Assembly (NCBI GenBank): GCA_041577295.1
Contig: JBFGJG010000001.1
Location: 64,001 to 128,000, forward strand
Length of the DNA stretch: 64,000 bases
Reading direction: 5' to 3'
DNA from: Gemmatimonadales bacterium
GTDB lineage: Bacteria; Gemmatimonadota; Gemmatimonadetes; Gemmatimonadales; GWC2-71-9
Every line of letters starts with the position of its first letter. The first letter of the stretch is position 1. The position numbers and the translations under genes were made by a program. The notes under the pieces were generated by a model. That model was not told the DNA's origin. It saw only the letters and a list, made by a program, of their open reading frames with translations, and did not search any database. Shown piece by piece: positions 41,506-51,763 of the stretch.

Positions 41506-41959
41506 GGAGTTCCGACACGAGACGGTCGACCGCGACCCGCACCAGCTCGTCGAGCTCCTCGTACGTTTCGCGGTATACGTCGAGATCGCTCCCAAATGGA
41601 TCGCTCACTTCTGCGTCCCCACTGGAGCGGCCGGCGTATTCACCGAGCAGAAAGACCTTCCCCCGCCCTCCCAACTCTTCCACCCGTGCACGGTGATGGC
41701 GTGCCATGGTCAGAATGACGGCGGACGCCCGCACGATCTCCTTTGTCAGCAGTCGCGCGCGATGACGGGAGAGATCCAAACCGTGCTCTAAGGCAACCAG
41801 GTAGGCACCTTCGGACGCGGGCGTTCCCTCCCACGCACCAGTCCCTGCCGAGGTCACGATGACCCCGCCGATCTCGCGCGTCTCGAGTTCACGTTGCATC
41901 AGCCCCTCCGCGAGCGGGCTGCGGCAGATATTTCCCGTACAGACGAGCAGGACCTCCAT
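41480..41959 (-). CDS. Low-molecular-weight protein phosphatase (YwlE/PtpA family)
   Basis: VCTGNICRSPLAE, SAGT, DPF. Confidence 0.92.
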   Translation of the reverse strand: MEVLLVCTGNICRSPLAEGLMQRELETREIGGVIVTSAGTGAWEGTPASEGAYLVALEHGLDLSRHRARLLTKEIVRASAVILTMARHHRARVEELGGRGKVFLLGEYAGRSSGDAEVSDPFGSDLDVYRETYEELDELVRVAVDRLVSELRDAHQRDH

Positions 41960-42612
41960 CAGGGGGCAAAGCTCCCAACGCGGGCGCGCAGCTCAGCTCT
42001 CGGGATCGCCCCGACACGGACGAGCCGGGCCACCGGTCCCGTGCAATCGACCAAGGTCGATGGGGGCACGTTGCCCAGCACGCCTCCATCCAAGATCAAG
42101 ATCTCACCTCGCTCGACCTCCGCGCGAAATATCTCGCCGATGGCTGCAGCACCGGGTGCGGTCGGACCGCGTGGGCGATTGGCTGAGGTCGACGTGATCG
42201 GGTATTGCAGTATTTCAATCAGCTGGCTCATCTCCAGGTGCGACGTCCACCGAACCGCAATTCCCCCTTCGGAGCCACGCAGGGCATCGGGTAACTTCCC
42301 CTCACCACCGGCGAGCACGAGCGTGAGGGGGCCGGGCCAAAACTGCGCCACCATCGCCTCGGCTGCTGGCGTGAACACGAGCCCATACGCTTCCGCCATT
42401 CGGCGGTTCGAGATGAGAAGAAGAAACGGCTTCCCCACGGGCCTGGCTTTGATCCGCGATAGGGTCGCGACATCCTCTTCTATCGGGCGCGATCCGAGAC
42501 CGTAAACGGTTTCGGTTGGGTAGGCGATGATCCCCCCGGCAGCGAGGTGCTCGGCCACTCGTGGCGCCGCTGCACGCACTGCATCGGGGCCATGGAATGG
42601 AAGAGCCGTCAA
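41959..42612 (-). CDS. tsaC: L-threonylcarbamoyladenylate synthase (YrdC/Sua5)
   Basis: YPTETVYGL, K.R...KP, FWPGPLT, STSAN, PSTLVD. Confidence 0.93.
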   Translation of the reverse strand: MTALPFHGPDAVRAAAPRVAEHLAAGGIIAYPTETVYGLGSRPIEEDVATLSRIKARPVGKPFLLLISNRRMAEAYGLVFTPAAEAMVAQFWPGPLTLVLAGGEGKLPDALRGSEGGIAVRWTSHLEMSQLIEILQYPITSTSANRPRGPTAPGAAAIGEIFRAEVERGEILILDGGVLGNVPPSTLVDCTGPVARLVRVGAIPRAELRARVGSFAP

Positions 42613-43307
42613 CGCGACGCCAGTGCCTCAGCCAGATGGAAGTCTTCTGGCGTTGTGATCTTGATGTTGGTAGGGCGATCTGGAACTAGCTCTACGACAT
42701 ATCCGGCGGCCTCCACGAGGGCGGATTCGTCCGTCGCACCTCCACCCAACGCACTGTCTCCTGCCTTCGCGAATGCGTCTTCCAGGATCTCGCGCGGAAA
42801 GCCCTGCGGCGTGTGTGCCTGCCATACGCCGCGCCGATCTACCGTTTCCGTCACGCGCGCACCATCCGCCCGCTTGAGCGTGTCCTGCACCGCCACACCA
42901 GGCACGGCTCCTACGCCACGACTTGCGACCCCGATCACTGCATCGATCGTGTCTTGGGACACGAAGGGTCGCGCCGCATCGTGGACGAGCACGACGGTAC
43001 ACGACGGATCGAGCGCGCGCAACGCCGCCCGCACAGAAAGCGCCCTCGTGTCCCCACCTGCGACGAGCCGCAGCCGGCCATTCGACACGGGCGCGAGCCA
43101 CTGTGGTGGCTTGTCCACGAACACCGACGGCAGTGCCACCACGATATCCCGCACAAGACGATGCTGCGCAAAGGGTCGGATTGACCGCAGCAACATTGGG
43201 ATCCCGCCAATCGGCCGGAACTGCTTCGGATCGCCCGGACCCACCCGCTCGCTGCGGCCGGCCGCGGCGATGATGATACCGACCACCGGCCCGCTCTCAG
43301 AAACCAC
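42609..43307 (-). CDS. ispD: 2-C-methyl-D-erythritol 4-phosphate cytidylyltransferase
   Basis: AAGRSER, PKQF, VHDAARP, TPQGF, TDES, NIKITTPED. Confidence 0.93.
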   Translation of the reverse strand: MVSESGPVVGIIIAAAGRSERVGPGDPKQFRPIGGIPMLLRSIRPFAQHRLVRDIVVALPSVFVDKPPQWLAPVSNGRLRLVAGGDTRALSVRAALRALDPSCTVVLVHDAARPFVSQDTIDAVIGVASRGVGAVPGVAVQDTLKRADGARVTETVDRRGVWQAHTPQGFPREILEDAFAKAGDSALGGGATDESALVEAAGYVVELVPDRPTNIKITTPEDFHLAEALASR

Positions 43308-44703
43308 CGGAGTCCTCGGGTGCGCGGTCAGTGTAGTTGTCGAACCGCGTGTACTGCTTGTGAAACGCGAGCTTGATGGTGCCGGTGGGCCCGTTGCGGT
43401 GTTTGGCGAGTATCACCTCTGCGAGACCTTCTTGAGCAGAGTCGCTGCGCTCGAGGAGGCCGGGATACATCTCCGCACGGTAGATAAACATCACCAGATC
43501 GGCGTCCTGTTCGATCGCGCCGGAGTCTCGCAAATCGGAGAGGAGTGGTCTGCGGTCTCCCCCCCGTTGCTCGGGAGCGCGGGAGAGCTGAGACAGCGCA
43601 ACGACCGGGGTCTCGAGCTCGCGGGCGAGTGCTTTGAGCGATCGGGAAATGAAGCTGATCTCTTCTTGGCGACTTTCGGTCCGGGGGCCGCGCAGTAGCT
43701 GGAGGTAGTCGACCACGAATAATCCGACATCGTGCTCCGCCTTCATCCGACGAGCCTTTGAGCGAAGCTCGAGCAGTGTGAGCGCGGGGGTGTCATCGAT
43801 CCATATCGGAGCGGTCCCGAGCAGCCCCGCGGCCCGGGACATTTTGGGGTAGTCGTCATCACGCAACCGGCCACTCCGCAGCCGGCTCAGATCTACGAAA
43901 CTCTCGGCCGCGAGCAGTCGCTCGACCAGCTGATCGCGTGACATCTCTAGCGAAAATATGGCCGTCGGCACCTTGGACTCGAGTGCGGAATTCGCTGCGA
44001 CGTTGAGGCAGAACGCGGTTTTGCCCATGGAGGGCCGTGCTGCGACGATGATCAGATCGCTGCGCTGAAAACCGTTGGTCATCTGATCCAAATCTACGTA
44101 TCCGCTGGGAATCCCACGGACCGATTCATCGCCGCGGTGGCGCGCTTCAATGCGCTCCATCGTCTTCCACATCAGCTCCTTGATGCGGACGACCTCTTGG
44201 GTGCCGCGCTGGAAGGACACCTCGAACATGCGCTGCTCGGCGGTGTCGATCAGCGTATCGACGTCCACCCGACCCTCGTATGCCGACTGTACGATGTCCG
44301 TACCCGCCTCGATCAAACGGCGGAGCAGCGCCTTTTCCCGAACGATCCGGCAGTGATACTCGATGTTGGCAGACGTTGGCACGACACCAAGCAGTTCGCC
44401 GATGTAGTCGGTTCCCCCGACTCCCTCGAGATCACCGCGTTGACGCAGGAGGTCTCGCAGGATGACGGGATCGACCGCGTCCCCACGATCCACCAGCACC
44501 GCGATGGCCCGGAACAAACGGCGGTGCGCGTCGCGATAGAACGCTCCATCCTCCAGCAACTCCACGGCCTTCAGTGCCGCGTCCTGGTCCAGCAGGGTGG
44601 CTCCCAAGACCGCTTGCTCGGCCTCGAGGCTCCAGGGAACCTGACGGGTGGTCTGGCCGTCAGTCTCGCTGGTCAAGGAGCTGGCGGGCGATACGGACGT
44701 CAT
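43297..44703 (-). CDS. dnaB: Replicative DNA helicase
   Basis: EAEQAVLG, AARPSMGKT, VDYLQL, SQLSR, DLRDSGAIEQDAD, KHRNGPTG; no intein. Confidence 0.98.
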   Translation of the reverse strand: MTSVSPASSLTSETDGQTTRQVPWSLEAEQAVLGATLLDQDAALKAVELLEDGAFYRDAHRRLFRAIAVLVDRGDAVDPVILRDLLRQRGDLEGVGGTDYIGELLGVVPTSANIEYHCRIVREKALLRRLIEAGTDIVQSAYEGRVDVDTLIDTAEQRMFEVSFQRGTQEVVRIKELMWKTMERIEARHRGDESVRGIPSGYVDLDQMTNGFQRSDLIIVAARPSMGKTAFCLNVAANSALESKVPTAIFSLEMSRDQLVERLLAAESFVDLSRLRSGRLRDDDYPKMSRAAGLLGTAPIWIDDTPALTLLELRSKARRMKAEHDVGLFVVDYLQLLRGPRTESRQEEISFISRSLKALARELETPVVALSQLSRAPEQRGGDRRPLLSDLRDSGAIEQDADLVMFIYRAEMYPGLLERSDSAQEGLAEVILAKHRNGPTGTIKLAFHKQYTRFDNYTDRAPEDSGGF

Positions 44704-45493
44704 CCCAAGTTGGCTTCTTCCAGTTGGGGTTTCGCAGGAGGGCGGCTGGGTGATACGTAACGATCAACGGCGTGCCGCGGAACTCGTGTACTCTGTTCCG
44801 CAGCGAGCCCAACGATTGCTTGGTTCCGAGCAGGGTCTCCGCGGCCGTTCCACCCATCGCAAGTATGACGGCCGGCTTGATGATTTCAAGTTGCCGATAC
44901 AGGTACGGTACACATGCGTCGATTTCCTCCTGCAGCGGTTTGCGGTTGTTGGGTGGTCGGCACTTTACGATGTTACAAATGAAAACCGTCTCACGAGGAA
45001 GCCGTATGGCCTTGAGGATGTCGGTCAGGAGCTCTCCCGCGCGCCCGACAAACGGGCGCCCCGTATCGTCTTCCGTTGCGCCCGGACCTTCGCCGACGAC
45101 CACGAGCTTCGCATTCATGGGCCCCTCGCCGGGCACCGCCTGTTTGCGATGCTCGCAAAGCACGCACTTGGTGCACTCGCGGATCACGTTGCCCAGTTGG
45201 TCGAGATCGTGCTTGGCCAACGGATCTCCCGTGAAGAGATCGGTCGCCGGGGTAGGCACGACAATGCCGGCGGGTGGAATTGGTGGGGCACCCCGTCTCC
45301 ATTTCGGCTCGCCCGTCACTTCCGTCGTCGGCTGAGGCGGCTGAGCCCGTTCTGCCCGCGCCGATTTGGCTGGAGTGGGCGATGCCGGTTGCTCATTGGC
45401 GTTTTGCAGCCCGGCGATCCCCATATACGCCGTCTCGCCCATTTGGCGGCGCTGGGTCAGATACTGAGACATGAGCTCACGAGCGTCGGTCAT
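44660..45493 (-). CDS. Uracil-DNA glycosylase family 4
   Basis: CTKCVLC, GEGPG, PFVGRAG, KCRPPNNR, YHPAALL. Confidence 0.95.
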   Translation of the reverse strand: MTDARELMSQYLTQRRQMGETAYMGIAGLQNANEQPASPTPAKSARAERAQPPQPTTEVTGEPKWRRGAPPIPPAGIVVPTPATDLFTGDPLAKHDLDQLGNVIRECTKCVLCEHRKQAVPGEGPMNAKLVVVGEGPGATEDDTGRPFVGRAGELLTDILKAIRLPRETVFICNIVKCRPPNNRKPLQEEIDACVPYLYRQLEIIKPAVILAMGGTAAETLLGTKQSLGSLRNRVHEFRGTPLIVTYHPAALLRNPNWKKPTWDDVRIARQLLDQRD

Positions 45494-46683
45494 AGTAGCG
45501 CTTCGACGGCGTCCAACAGACGCTCCGCGACGACCCGCTTCGGGAGGAGCTCGAGTTGATGTTGACCATCACGAGTCACGAACGTGACTCGATTGGTTTC
45601 GACCTCGAAGCCCGAGCCCGGCTCGGAAACGTGATTGAGCACCACCAGATCCAATCGCTTACGCTCGAGCTTCTCCTGTGCGCGGGCGAGTCCCTTCTCA
45701 TGCTCCAGTGCAAATCCGACCACGATCGCGCCCTGCCGCCGATCACCCGTGGTGCTCTCGAGTACGTCCGGTGTGGGAATGAGACTCACGTTCAGCGCAC
45801 CATCGGAGCGCGCCCGTTTGCTATTGTGTGATTGCGCCGGGCGGAAATCCGCTGGTGCGGCGGCCATGACCAACACATCGGCACCCGGGAGGATGCTTCG
45901 CAGCGTCTCTAGCAACTGCTCTGTAGTCTCCACCCGCCGAACCTCGGCGCCGATGGGTGGCGTCAGCGACGTGGGGCCGGTGACAAGGGTCACCTTCGCT
46001 CCCCTTGCGAACGCCGCCTCGGCAACTGCGTAGCCCATGCGACCGCTGGACGGGTTGGTGATGACCCGTACCGGGTCGAGGTGCTCTCGGGTGGGGCCGG
46101 CGGTCACCACCACGCTTCGGTTTTGCAGCCGGCCGTGAGGACCACGGAGGAGACGTTCGACGTGCGCCACGATCTCCTCAGGCTCGACCATCCGCCCTTG
46201 CCGGTCGCTTGGACCCTCGGCGAGGGATCCCACAGCCGGCCCAAGCGTGTGCCACCCTCGCGAGCGGAGCGTCTCGAGGTTTCGTTGTGTGGCCGGATGT
46301 GCGAACATCGCGTCATTCATGGCCGGCACCAGCAAGACCGGCACGCGGGCCGCGAGCAGTATGGCCGATAGAAGATCGTCCGCCATGCCCTGTGCGGCAC
46401 GGCTCAGGAGGTTCGCAGTAGCTGGGGCGACAACGATGAGATCGGGTTGGCGGGCAAGGTCGATATGCAGGAGCGCCCGGTCGCGATCCCACAAAGAAGT
46501 ATGGACCGGACGCCCAGTCAGAGCTTCAAAGGTCACCGGTCGAACGAACTCAGCGGCTGAGCTCGTGAGGACGACATCGACTGAGACGCCGGCTTCTGTG
46601 AGACGTCGGGCGACCGTGCACGATTTGTAGCTGGCAATCCCGCCCGACACGCCGAGCACCACGCGTCGGCCGGCGAGAGTCAC
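45490..46683 (-). CDS. coaBC: Phosphopantothenoylcysteine decarboxylase/ligase
   Basis: GGIASYK, APATAN, PAMN, TAGPTRE..DPVR, SSGRMG, GFALE. Confidence 0.96.
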   Translation of the reverse strand: MTLAGRRVVLGVSGGIASYKSCTVARRLTEAGVSVDVVLTSSAAEFVRPVTFEALTGRPVHTSLWDRDRALLHIDLARQPDLIVVAPATANLLSRAAQGMADDLLSAILLAARVPVLLVPAMNDAMFAHPATQRNLETLRSRGWHTLGPAVGSLAEGPSDRQGRMVEPEEIVAHVERLLRGPHGRLQNRSVVVTAGPTREHLDPVRVITNPSSGRMGYAVAEAAFARGAKVTLVTGPTSLTPPIGAEVRRVETTEQLLETLRSILPGADVLVMAAAPADFRPAQSHNSKRARSDGALNVSLIPTPDVLESTTGDRRQGAIVVGFALEHEKGLARAQEKLERKRLDLVVLNHVSEPGSGFEVETNRVTFVTRDGQHQLELLPKRVVAERLLDAVEALL

Positions 46684-46892
46684 GTTTCTTGGCGTCGTCT
46701 GCGTACGAGCCGATAAGTGAGACTGCCCGAAGCCAGCTCCTCCAACGCCCGGGTCGTCAGCTTCTTGCTCGGCCCGGATGTGGGGTCAGTGGGAAAGTCG
46801 TTCACGTAGCGCGCGAACTTCGCAGCCACCAAGACGCCGAGGTACTTGTTGCCTGCCTGTCGCGCCACGTTGGTTGGGGTGAAGATGTGCAT
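46680..46892 (-). CDS. rpoZ: RNA polymerase omega subunit
   Basis: NKYLGVLVAAK, KLTTRALEE; gmk-rpoZ-coaBC synteny. Confidence 0.8.
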   Translation of the reverse strand: MHIFTPTNVARQAGNKYLGVLVAAKFARYVNDFPTDPTSGPSKKLTTRALEELASGSLTYRLVRRRRQET

Positions 46893-46901
46893 CGATTCTC
46901 C

Positions 46902-47546
46902 TTACCGGGGCGCCGCGTTCTGCATCGCCCGCCGTAAACCGTCGCGCAGCTCGGCGATGCGCTTCGCTAGCTCACCGAGCCGTCGAACCTTCCGTGATTC
47001 GGCGTCGACGATCGCCGACACCTCCGCAACGGCGTGTGCCAGCTCATCGTTGATGACGACGTAATCGTAGGCACTCACCTCCTCGATCTCTTCGATCGCA
47101 CGCAGCAACCGCTGCCGGATCTGCGCTTCGTCCTCCCGCTCCCTCGAATGGAGCCGTTGGAGGAGGACCTCGGCCGAGGGCGGGAGAACAAAGATACTCA
47201 CAAGATCGCTCGTGCGCTGCCGCACCTGACGGGCCCCCTGGACTTCGATGTCGAGCACGGCGTGCTTGCCGCCGCGGAGGATCCGATCGACCTCTGAGGC
47301 CAGTGTCCCGTACAGATGGTCCCCATACGATGCCCACTCGAGGAATGCCCCGCGATCGATCCGCCGTCGGAATTCCTGCTCGGTGATGAAGTGGTAGTCC
47401 ACCCCATCGCGCTCGCCCGCCCGAAGCGGGCGCGTCGTCGCCGAGACGCTGTACCCCAAGTCCCTACGGTCGCGCAGCAGCTGACGGGCAATCGTCGTCT
47501 TGCCACCACCGGAGGGAGAGGAAAGCACCAACAAAAACGGGTTCAC
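46902..47546 (-). CDS. gmk: Guanylate kinase
   Basis: SPSGGGKTT, SATTR..R.GE.DGVDYHF, DIEVQGA. Confidence 0.97.
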   Translation of the reverse strand: MNPFLLVLSSPSGGGKTTIARQLLRDRRDLGYSVSATTRPLRAGERDGVDYHFITEQEFRRRIDRGAFLEWASYGDHLYGTLASEVDRILRGGKHAVLDIEVQGARQVRQRTSDLVSIFVLPPSAEVLLQRLHSREREDEAQIRQRLLRAIEEIEEVSAYDYVVINDELAHAVAEVSAIVDAESRKVRRLGELAKRIAELRDGLRRAMQNAAPR

Positions 47547-48418
47547 TCGAGGTTCTCCACCTGTTCGCGGACCTTTTCGAGCTCCCCTTTTATGCGCACA
47601 ACCGCCTGGGCGATTGGGGCGTCATTGGCCTTCGATCCAATCGTGTTCGCCTCACGCAACATCTCCTGTCCGAGGAACGACAGCCGCCGCCCCACCGCCC
47701 CCTTTTCGGTCATCAAGGTGCGACACGCGTCGATGTGCGTCCGCAGTCGCACCAACTCCTCCGTGACATCGAGCTTGTCCGCCAAAATGGCGATCTCCTG
47801 CGCCAGACGGTCGGGATCGGCGGGTTTCCCATCGAGCAGCTCGGTCACCGCGGTTGTCAGCCGTTCTCGTTCTGCGCTCAGCCTTTTCGGGGCGCGGACC
47901 GCGATCGCCTCCGTTTCCCGTGCGATCTCATCCAGCAGGCGCGAGATCTCTGCGGCAAGTGCCGATCCCTCTTGATCACGCATCGCCGTGAGTCCGTCCA
48001 CGGCTTGATCCAGCAGTGCGAGCAGCTCAGCACGGTCGATCGGCACTTGCTCTTCGTCTGCCGGTATCAAGATGTCCGGTTGGCGCGCGATGAAGGTGAG
48101 GTCGATCTCTCCGGACAAGCCGAGGTCCTGCTGAAGCTGCTGGAGGGCATTCACGATGGATTGCGCGCGGGGCAGGTTCACGCGGACTGTCGACATGCTG
48201 CCCGGTTCCTCCGTCCATCGAGCAGCCAAGGTCAGATGTCCACGCTCGATCCGACCGCGGAGATGGTTGCGCACAGCGGACTCGAGTGGAAGCAGAGGGG
48301 CGGGCAGCCGCAACTGGACGCTGAAATGGCGATGGTTCACCGTCCGGATCTCGATTGACAGGTGACCTCCGCCGAGGGGGCCGTCGGCGGCCCCGTAACC
48401 TGTCATCGATCTCGGCAC
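47543..48418 (-). CDS. yicC: YicC/YloC family endoribonuclease
   Basis: RSMTGYG, EIRTVNHR, DVTEELVRL, QEMLREANTIGSK, REQVENLE. Confidence 0.95.
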   Translation of the reverse strand: MPRSMTGYGAADGPLGGGHLSIEIRTVNHRHFSVQLRLPAPLLPLESAVRNHLRGRIERGHLTLAARWTEEPGSMSTVRVNLPRAQSIVNALQQLQQDLGLSGEIDLTFIARQPDILIPADEEQVPIDRAELLALLDQAVDGLTAMRDQEGSALAAEISRLLDEIARETEAIAVRAPKRLSAERERLTTAVTELLDGKPADPDRLAQEIAILADKLDVTEELVRLRTHIDACRTLMTEKGAVGRRLSFLGQEMLREANTIGSKANDAPIAQAVVRIKGELEKVREQVENLE

Positions 48419-48497
48419 GTCACCGTCTCTCGCCTCTCTGGACGGGCGGAAAGCTAGCGTCCATCGAAAGGGCCGTCAAAACGCAGCAAGAAGAGCG

Positions 48498-50273
48498 TCA
48501 ATTGGCGAATACCCACTTCACCCCAAAAGTTTGCGCGGAGATGGGATAGGGCATACCGGGAACGTACTGCGCCTGGGTGTTGCCCGCATTGCGAAGGTTC
48601 CAGAAACCCGTGAAACCGGCAATCTGAAACTCGATGAGGGCTTCGGTGAACGTGGCGGCGGGCAGCGGGATCGGTGTTCCGACATCGTTGAGGCCAGCGA
48701 TGCCGTTGTCCCACGACTCGAGGGCCACTTCGAGCTTGATATCAAACGTGCCGCTCCGAAAGGTACGCCAATACTTCGAACGAAACGTCAGCGCCATTCG
48801 ACCGTGTCGCGGCGGTTGGAGGCTGTGGTCGTCCCCGCCGAGGCGATCTGAGTACCAGGCCCGCGCCGTCAGCGGGCGCAGTGGCTGCAGGCGCACGTCC
48901 ACGATCAGATACGTTGCCGCCCCGGACGAATCCAACGCGGCGATGGGCAGGTCGGCAAACGGGCGCGGCACGAAAGCGTCGCGCTGCGCAAGGCCGACGT
49001 GAGAGGCGATAACGCGTGTGTCCAGGCCGAGCCGCACTGAACGGTCGATGGTTCGTTGCGCAGAGTCCGCCAGCAGCGCTGATGCCTGAACCGCCTCGGC
49101 CCACTCGATCTCGCCCACCAGGGAGAATGGGCCGTGATACAGCGCGGCCCCACCGTGCAGGGTCCGCGACGTGCGATCACCCTCGTGCTGTTCCCGACGC
49201 GCATCTCCGAATAGCACGAGCCCCGGCACAGGAACCCAGCCGAAGCGACCCTCTACACCGCTGAGCGTCCGGGAATCCCCGAGGATCCCGCGAACGCTGC
49301 CCGTCAGGTTGGGAGTCTGATAGCGAGTCTCGAGATACACCCGGCGCACCCGCTGTTCGGGGATGGTTGACTCTTCATCTGGATCCCACGCACTAATGCC
49401 GACCCCTCCCTCGACGCGCAGGCCGAGACCGTCGTCGCGCGTGCCAGCGTACATGGCGAAGAGGATGTCGGTGCTCGCGCCGCGTCGCTCTGGTACCCCG
49501 ACAACGCCCCCTTGGGTATTGGCGGCATCGCGATCGTGATCTTGTCGTCTGATCTGATAGGACGCTCCCATCCGCGGCGAAGGATGCCATCCGAACTTGG
49601 CAAACACGTCAAACGCCTGGTCGTTGCGCCCCGGCCCGCTTGCACCGTCGGTGCCAACGAAATCTGCGGCGGCCACGAGCTCAAATCCGCTGCGCCATCG
49701 GTGTTGAAACATCCCGGCGAACGCCGCCGTGGAGAAGTCGCCGCTCCCGACCTGAATGAACGACCGCGGCGTGAGCCGCTCGTGGCGCTCGCTCACGACG
49801 TAGACCCGGAGCCCAGCGGGACGAACCTCCACGTCGACCCGGCGGAGCAACGTCAAGGGAATCCGCGCCGGATCGAGGAACAGACTGTCGTTACCCAAGG
49901 GTTCTAGACGGACGCCGTCCCAATAGATCTCGAGCGCTCGACCTCCCCGCCCCGCGTAGTTCACGTACTCCGGCAAACCCAGGAAGCCCGCTCGGGCGAT
50001 GTACACGCCCGGGATCTGTCCCAGTAGATCCGAAAGCGTGTGCGCGTCCGACCAGAGAATCGAATCTCGGGTGAATACATACCGGCCACTGGGGGGCAGC
50101 GGGCCCGGCGGCGTCTCCGCCTCCTTGATCGCGACGACGGGTGATGCCAGCGGGAGTGTATCCGCGACCGCCGCGGTGTCGACAGCAGTGGTATCCTGCG
50201 CCGCGTGGAGAGGAGAGAGGTGAGGAAGGAGTACTAGCGCGACGACGAACCCGACGCGCTTCGTGCGAGTCAC
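48498..50273 (-). CDS. TonB-dependent receptor plug-domain outer-membrane protein
   Basis: Signal peptide; LSDLLGQIPGV, IYWDG, RVDV plug motifs; C-terminal FGVKWVF beta-signal. Confidence 0.8.
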   Translation of the reverse strand: MTRTKRVGFVVALVLLPHLSPLHAAQDTTAVDTAAVADTLPLASPVVAIKEAETPPGPLPPSGRYVFTRDSILWSDAHTLSDLLGQIPGVYIARAGFLGLPEYVNYAGRGGRALEIYWDGVRLEPLGNDSLFLDPARIPLTLLRRVDVEVRPAGLRVYVVSERHERLTPRSFIQVGSGDFSTAAFAGMFQHRWRSGFELVAAADFVGTDGASGPGRNDQAFDVFAKFGWHPSPRMGASYQIRRQDHDRDAANTQGGVVGVPERRGASTDILFAMYAGTRDDGLGLRVEGGVGISAWDPDEESTIPEQRVRRVYLETRYQTPNLTGSVRGILGDSRTLSGVEGRFGWVPVPGLVLFGDARREQHEGDRTSRTLHGGAALYHGPFSLVGEIEWAEAVQASALLADSAQRTIDRSVRLGLDTRVIASHVGLAQRDAFVPRPFADLPIAALDSSGAATYLIVDVRLQPLRPLTARAWYSDRLGGDDHSLQPPRHGRMALTFRSKYWRTFRSGTFDIKLEVALESWDNGIAGLNDVGTPIPLPAATFTEALIEFQIAGFTGFWNLRNAGNTQAQYVPGMPYPISAQTFGVKWVFAN

Positions 50274-51763
50274 CCGCGAGCGCGGCCGAGCACGAACTCG
50301 GCGAAGAGGCGCACCCCCACCCCGGTTGGTCCCTTGCCCATTCCCGGACGGTCACCATCCGTGTACGCCGTCCCCGCGATATCGAGGTGCGCCCAGGGAA
50401 AGCCCTCGACGAACTCGCGGAGGAACCAGCCCGCTGTGATCGAGCTCCCCGGGCGGCCACCCGTGTTCTTGACGTCGGCGATATCGGACTTGAGCTGCTC
50501 GCGAAACTCGTCCCACAGCGGGAGCGCCCAGCACCGCTCCCCGGCCAGGTCCCCGGCGTGGCGTATCTCTTCGAGGAGATGATCGTCATTGCCCATGAGG
50601 CCCGTCGCGTGGTGCCCTAACGCAATGACGATCGCCCCCGTCAGCGTTGCGGCGTCGATCACGCACGCCGGCTTGAATTTGCGGGCGTACGATAGCGCAT
50701 CGGACAGGATGAGCCGTCCCTCCGCATCGGTGTTGATGATCTCGATTGTCTTGCCGTAATGGGATCGTACGACGTCACCGGGCTTCACCGCGGTTCCCGA
50801 TGGCAGATTCTCCGTCGCGGGAATGAGTCCGACGACGTTGAGCTTGGGTTCGAGATGCGCCAGTGTCTCAAAGAGACCGAGGACCGCTGCGGCGCCCGAC
50901 ATGTCGTACTTCATCTCCTCCATCTTGTCCGCACTCTTGATGGAGATGCCACCTGCGTCGAAGGTGACGCCCTTGCCGACAAAGCAGATTGGGGCCGCGC
51001 GACCGCCTGCTCCCCGATACTCGAGCGTGATGAAGCGCGGTTCCTGCTGCGAGCCCTGCGCGACCGCGAGCAGGGCGTTCATGCCGGTCTTCTCGAGGTG
51101 GGATCGGCCGAGCGCGGCCACCCGATACCCGTACGCCTTGCCTAGGTCCCGGGCGATGTCCGCGAGGTAGCTTGGTGTGCAGACATTCCCTGGAAGCATT
51201 TGGAGATTGCGCGCCAGCCGTTGTCCGATTGCGGTGGCGGCGCCGATCTTGCGGCCGCGCTCGGCATCTGGCCGATCCTCGCGGCTGATGATGATGTCGA
51301 ACTGAGCGAGCCGCTGCTTTTCCTCGGTGGCCTTGAGCTCTGTGAACCGCCACGCGCCCTGCGACGCTCCCTCGACCGCCACTTGACCGATCGCAGACGG
51401 GACGACACCTCCGTGGGTCTCCGTCGCCACGTGGAAGGCCAGTGTCTTCGCGCTGAGCTCGACAGCTTTGCGGCCAGCAATCGCTGCCGCGTCCCGGATA
51501 CTGCCCCGCGTGATCTCCTCGTGCTTGCCGAGCCCAACCAGGATGAGGCGGTCAGCACCTTTGCGGGGGTAGACGACGAGGACCTGATTCCTTTTTCCCG
51601 TGAAGTCACCCTGCGCAATCGCGCGGGAGACATCACCCTCTGCGGCGCGGTCGAGGCTGAGGAGTGACGTCGGAACCTTCGCATTGGTAAGCTCACCGAC
51701 CGCCACGGCAAGGACGTTTGCTCGCACCCTATCCAGTGGAACCACCCGCACCGAGGAGTTCAC
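50270..51763 (-). CDS. pepA: Leucyl aminopeptidase (M17)
   Basis: [38 protein letters not shown]. Confidence 0.97.
   Translation of the reverse strand: MNSSVRVVPLDRVRANVLAVAVGELTNAKVPTSLLSLDRAAEGDVSRAIAQGDFTGKRNQVLVVYPRKGADRLILVGLGKHEEITRGSIRDAAAIAGRKAVELSAKTLAFHVATETHGGVVPSAIGQVAVEGASQGAWRFTELKATEEKQRLAQFDIIISREDRPDAERGRKIGAATAIGQRLARNLQMLPGNVCTPSYLADIARDLGKAYGYRVAALGRSHLEKTGMNALLAVAQGSQQEPRFITLEYRGAGGRAAPICFVGKGVTFDAGGISIKSADKMEEMKYDMSGAAAVLGLFETLAHLEPKLNVVGLIPATENLPSGTAVKPGDVVRSHYGKTIEIINTDAEGRLILSDALSYARKFKPACVIDAATLTGAIVIALGHHATGLMGNDDHLLEEIRHAGDLAGERCWALPLWDEFREQLKSDIADVKNTGGRPGSSITAGWFLREFVEGFPWAHLDIAGTAYTDGDRPGMGKGPTGVGVRLFAEFVLGRARG

Noticed and set aside
43297..44703. Intein in DnaB
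   Set aside because: Normal length and contiguous motifs
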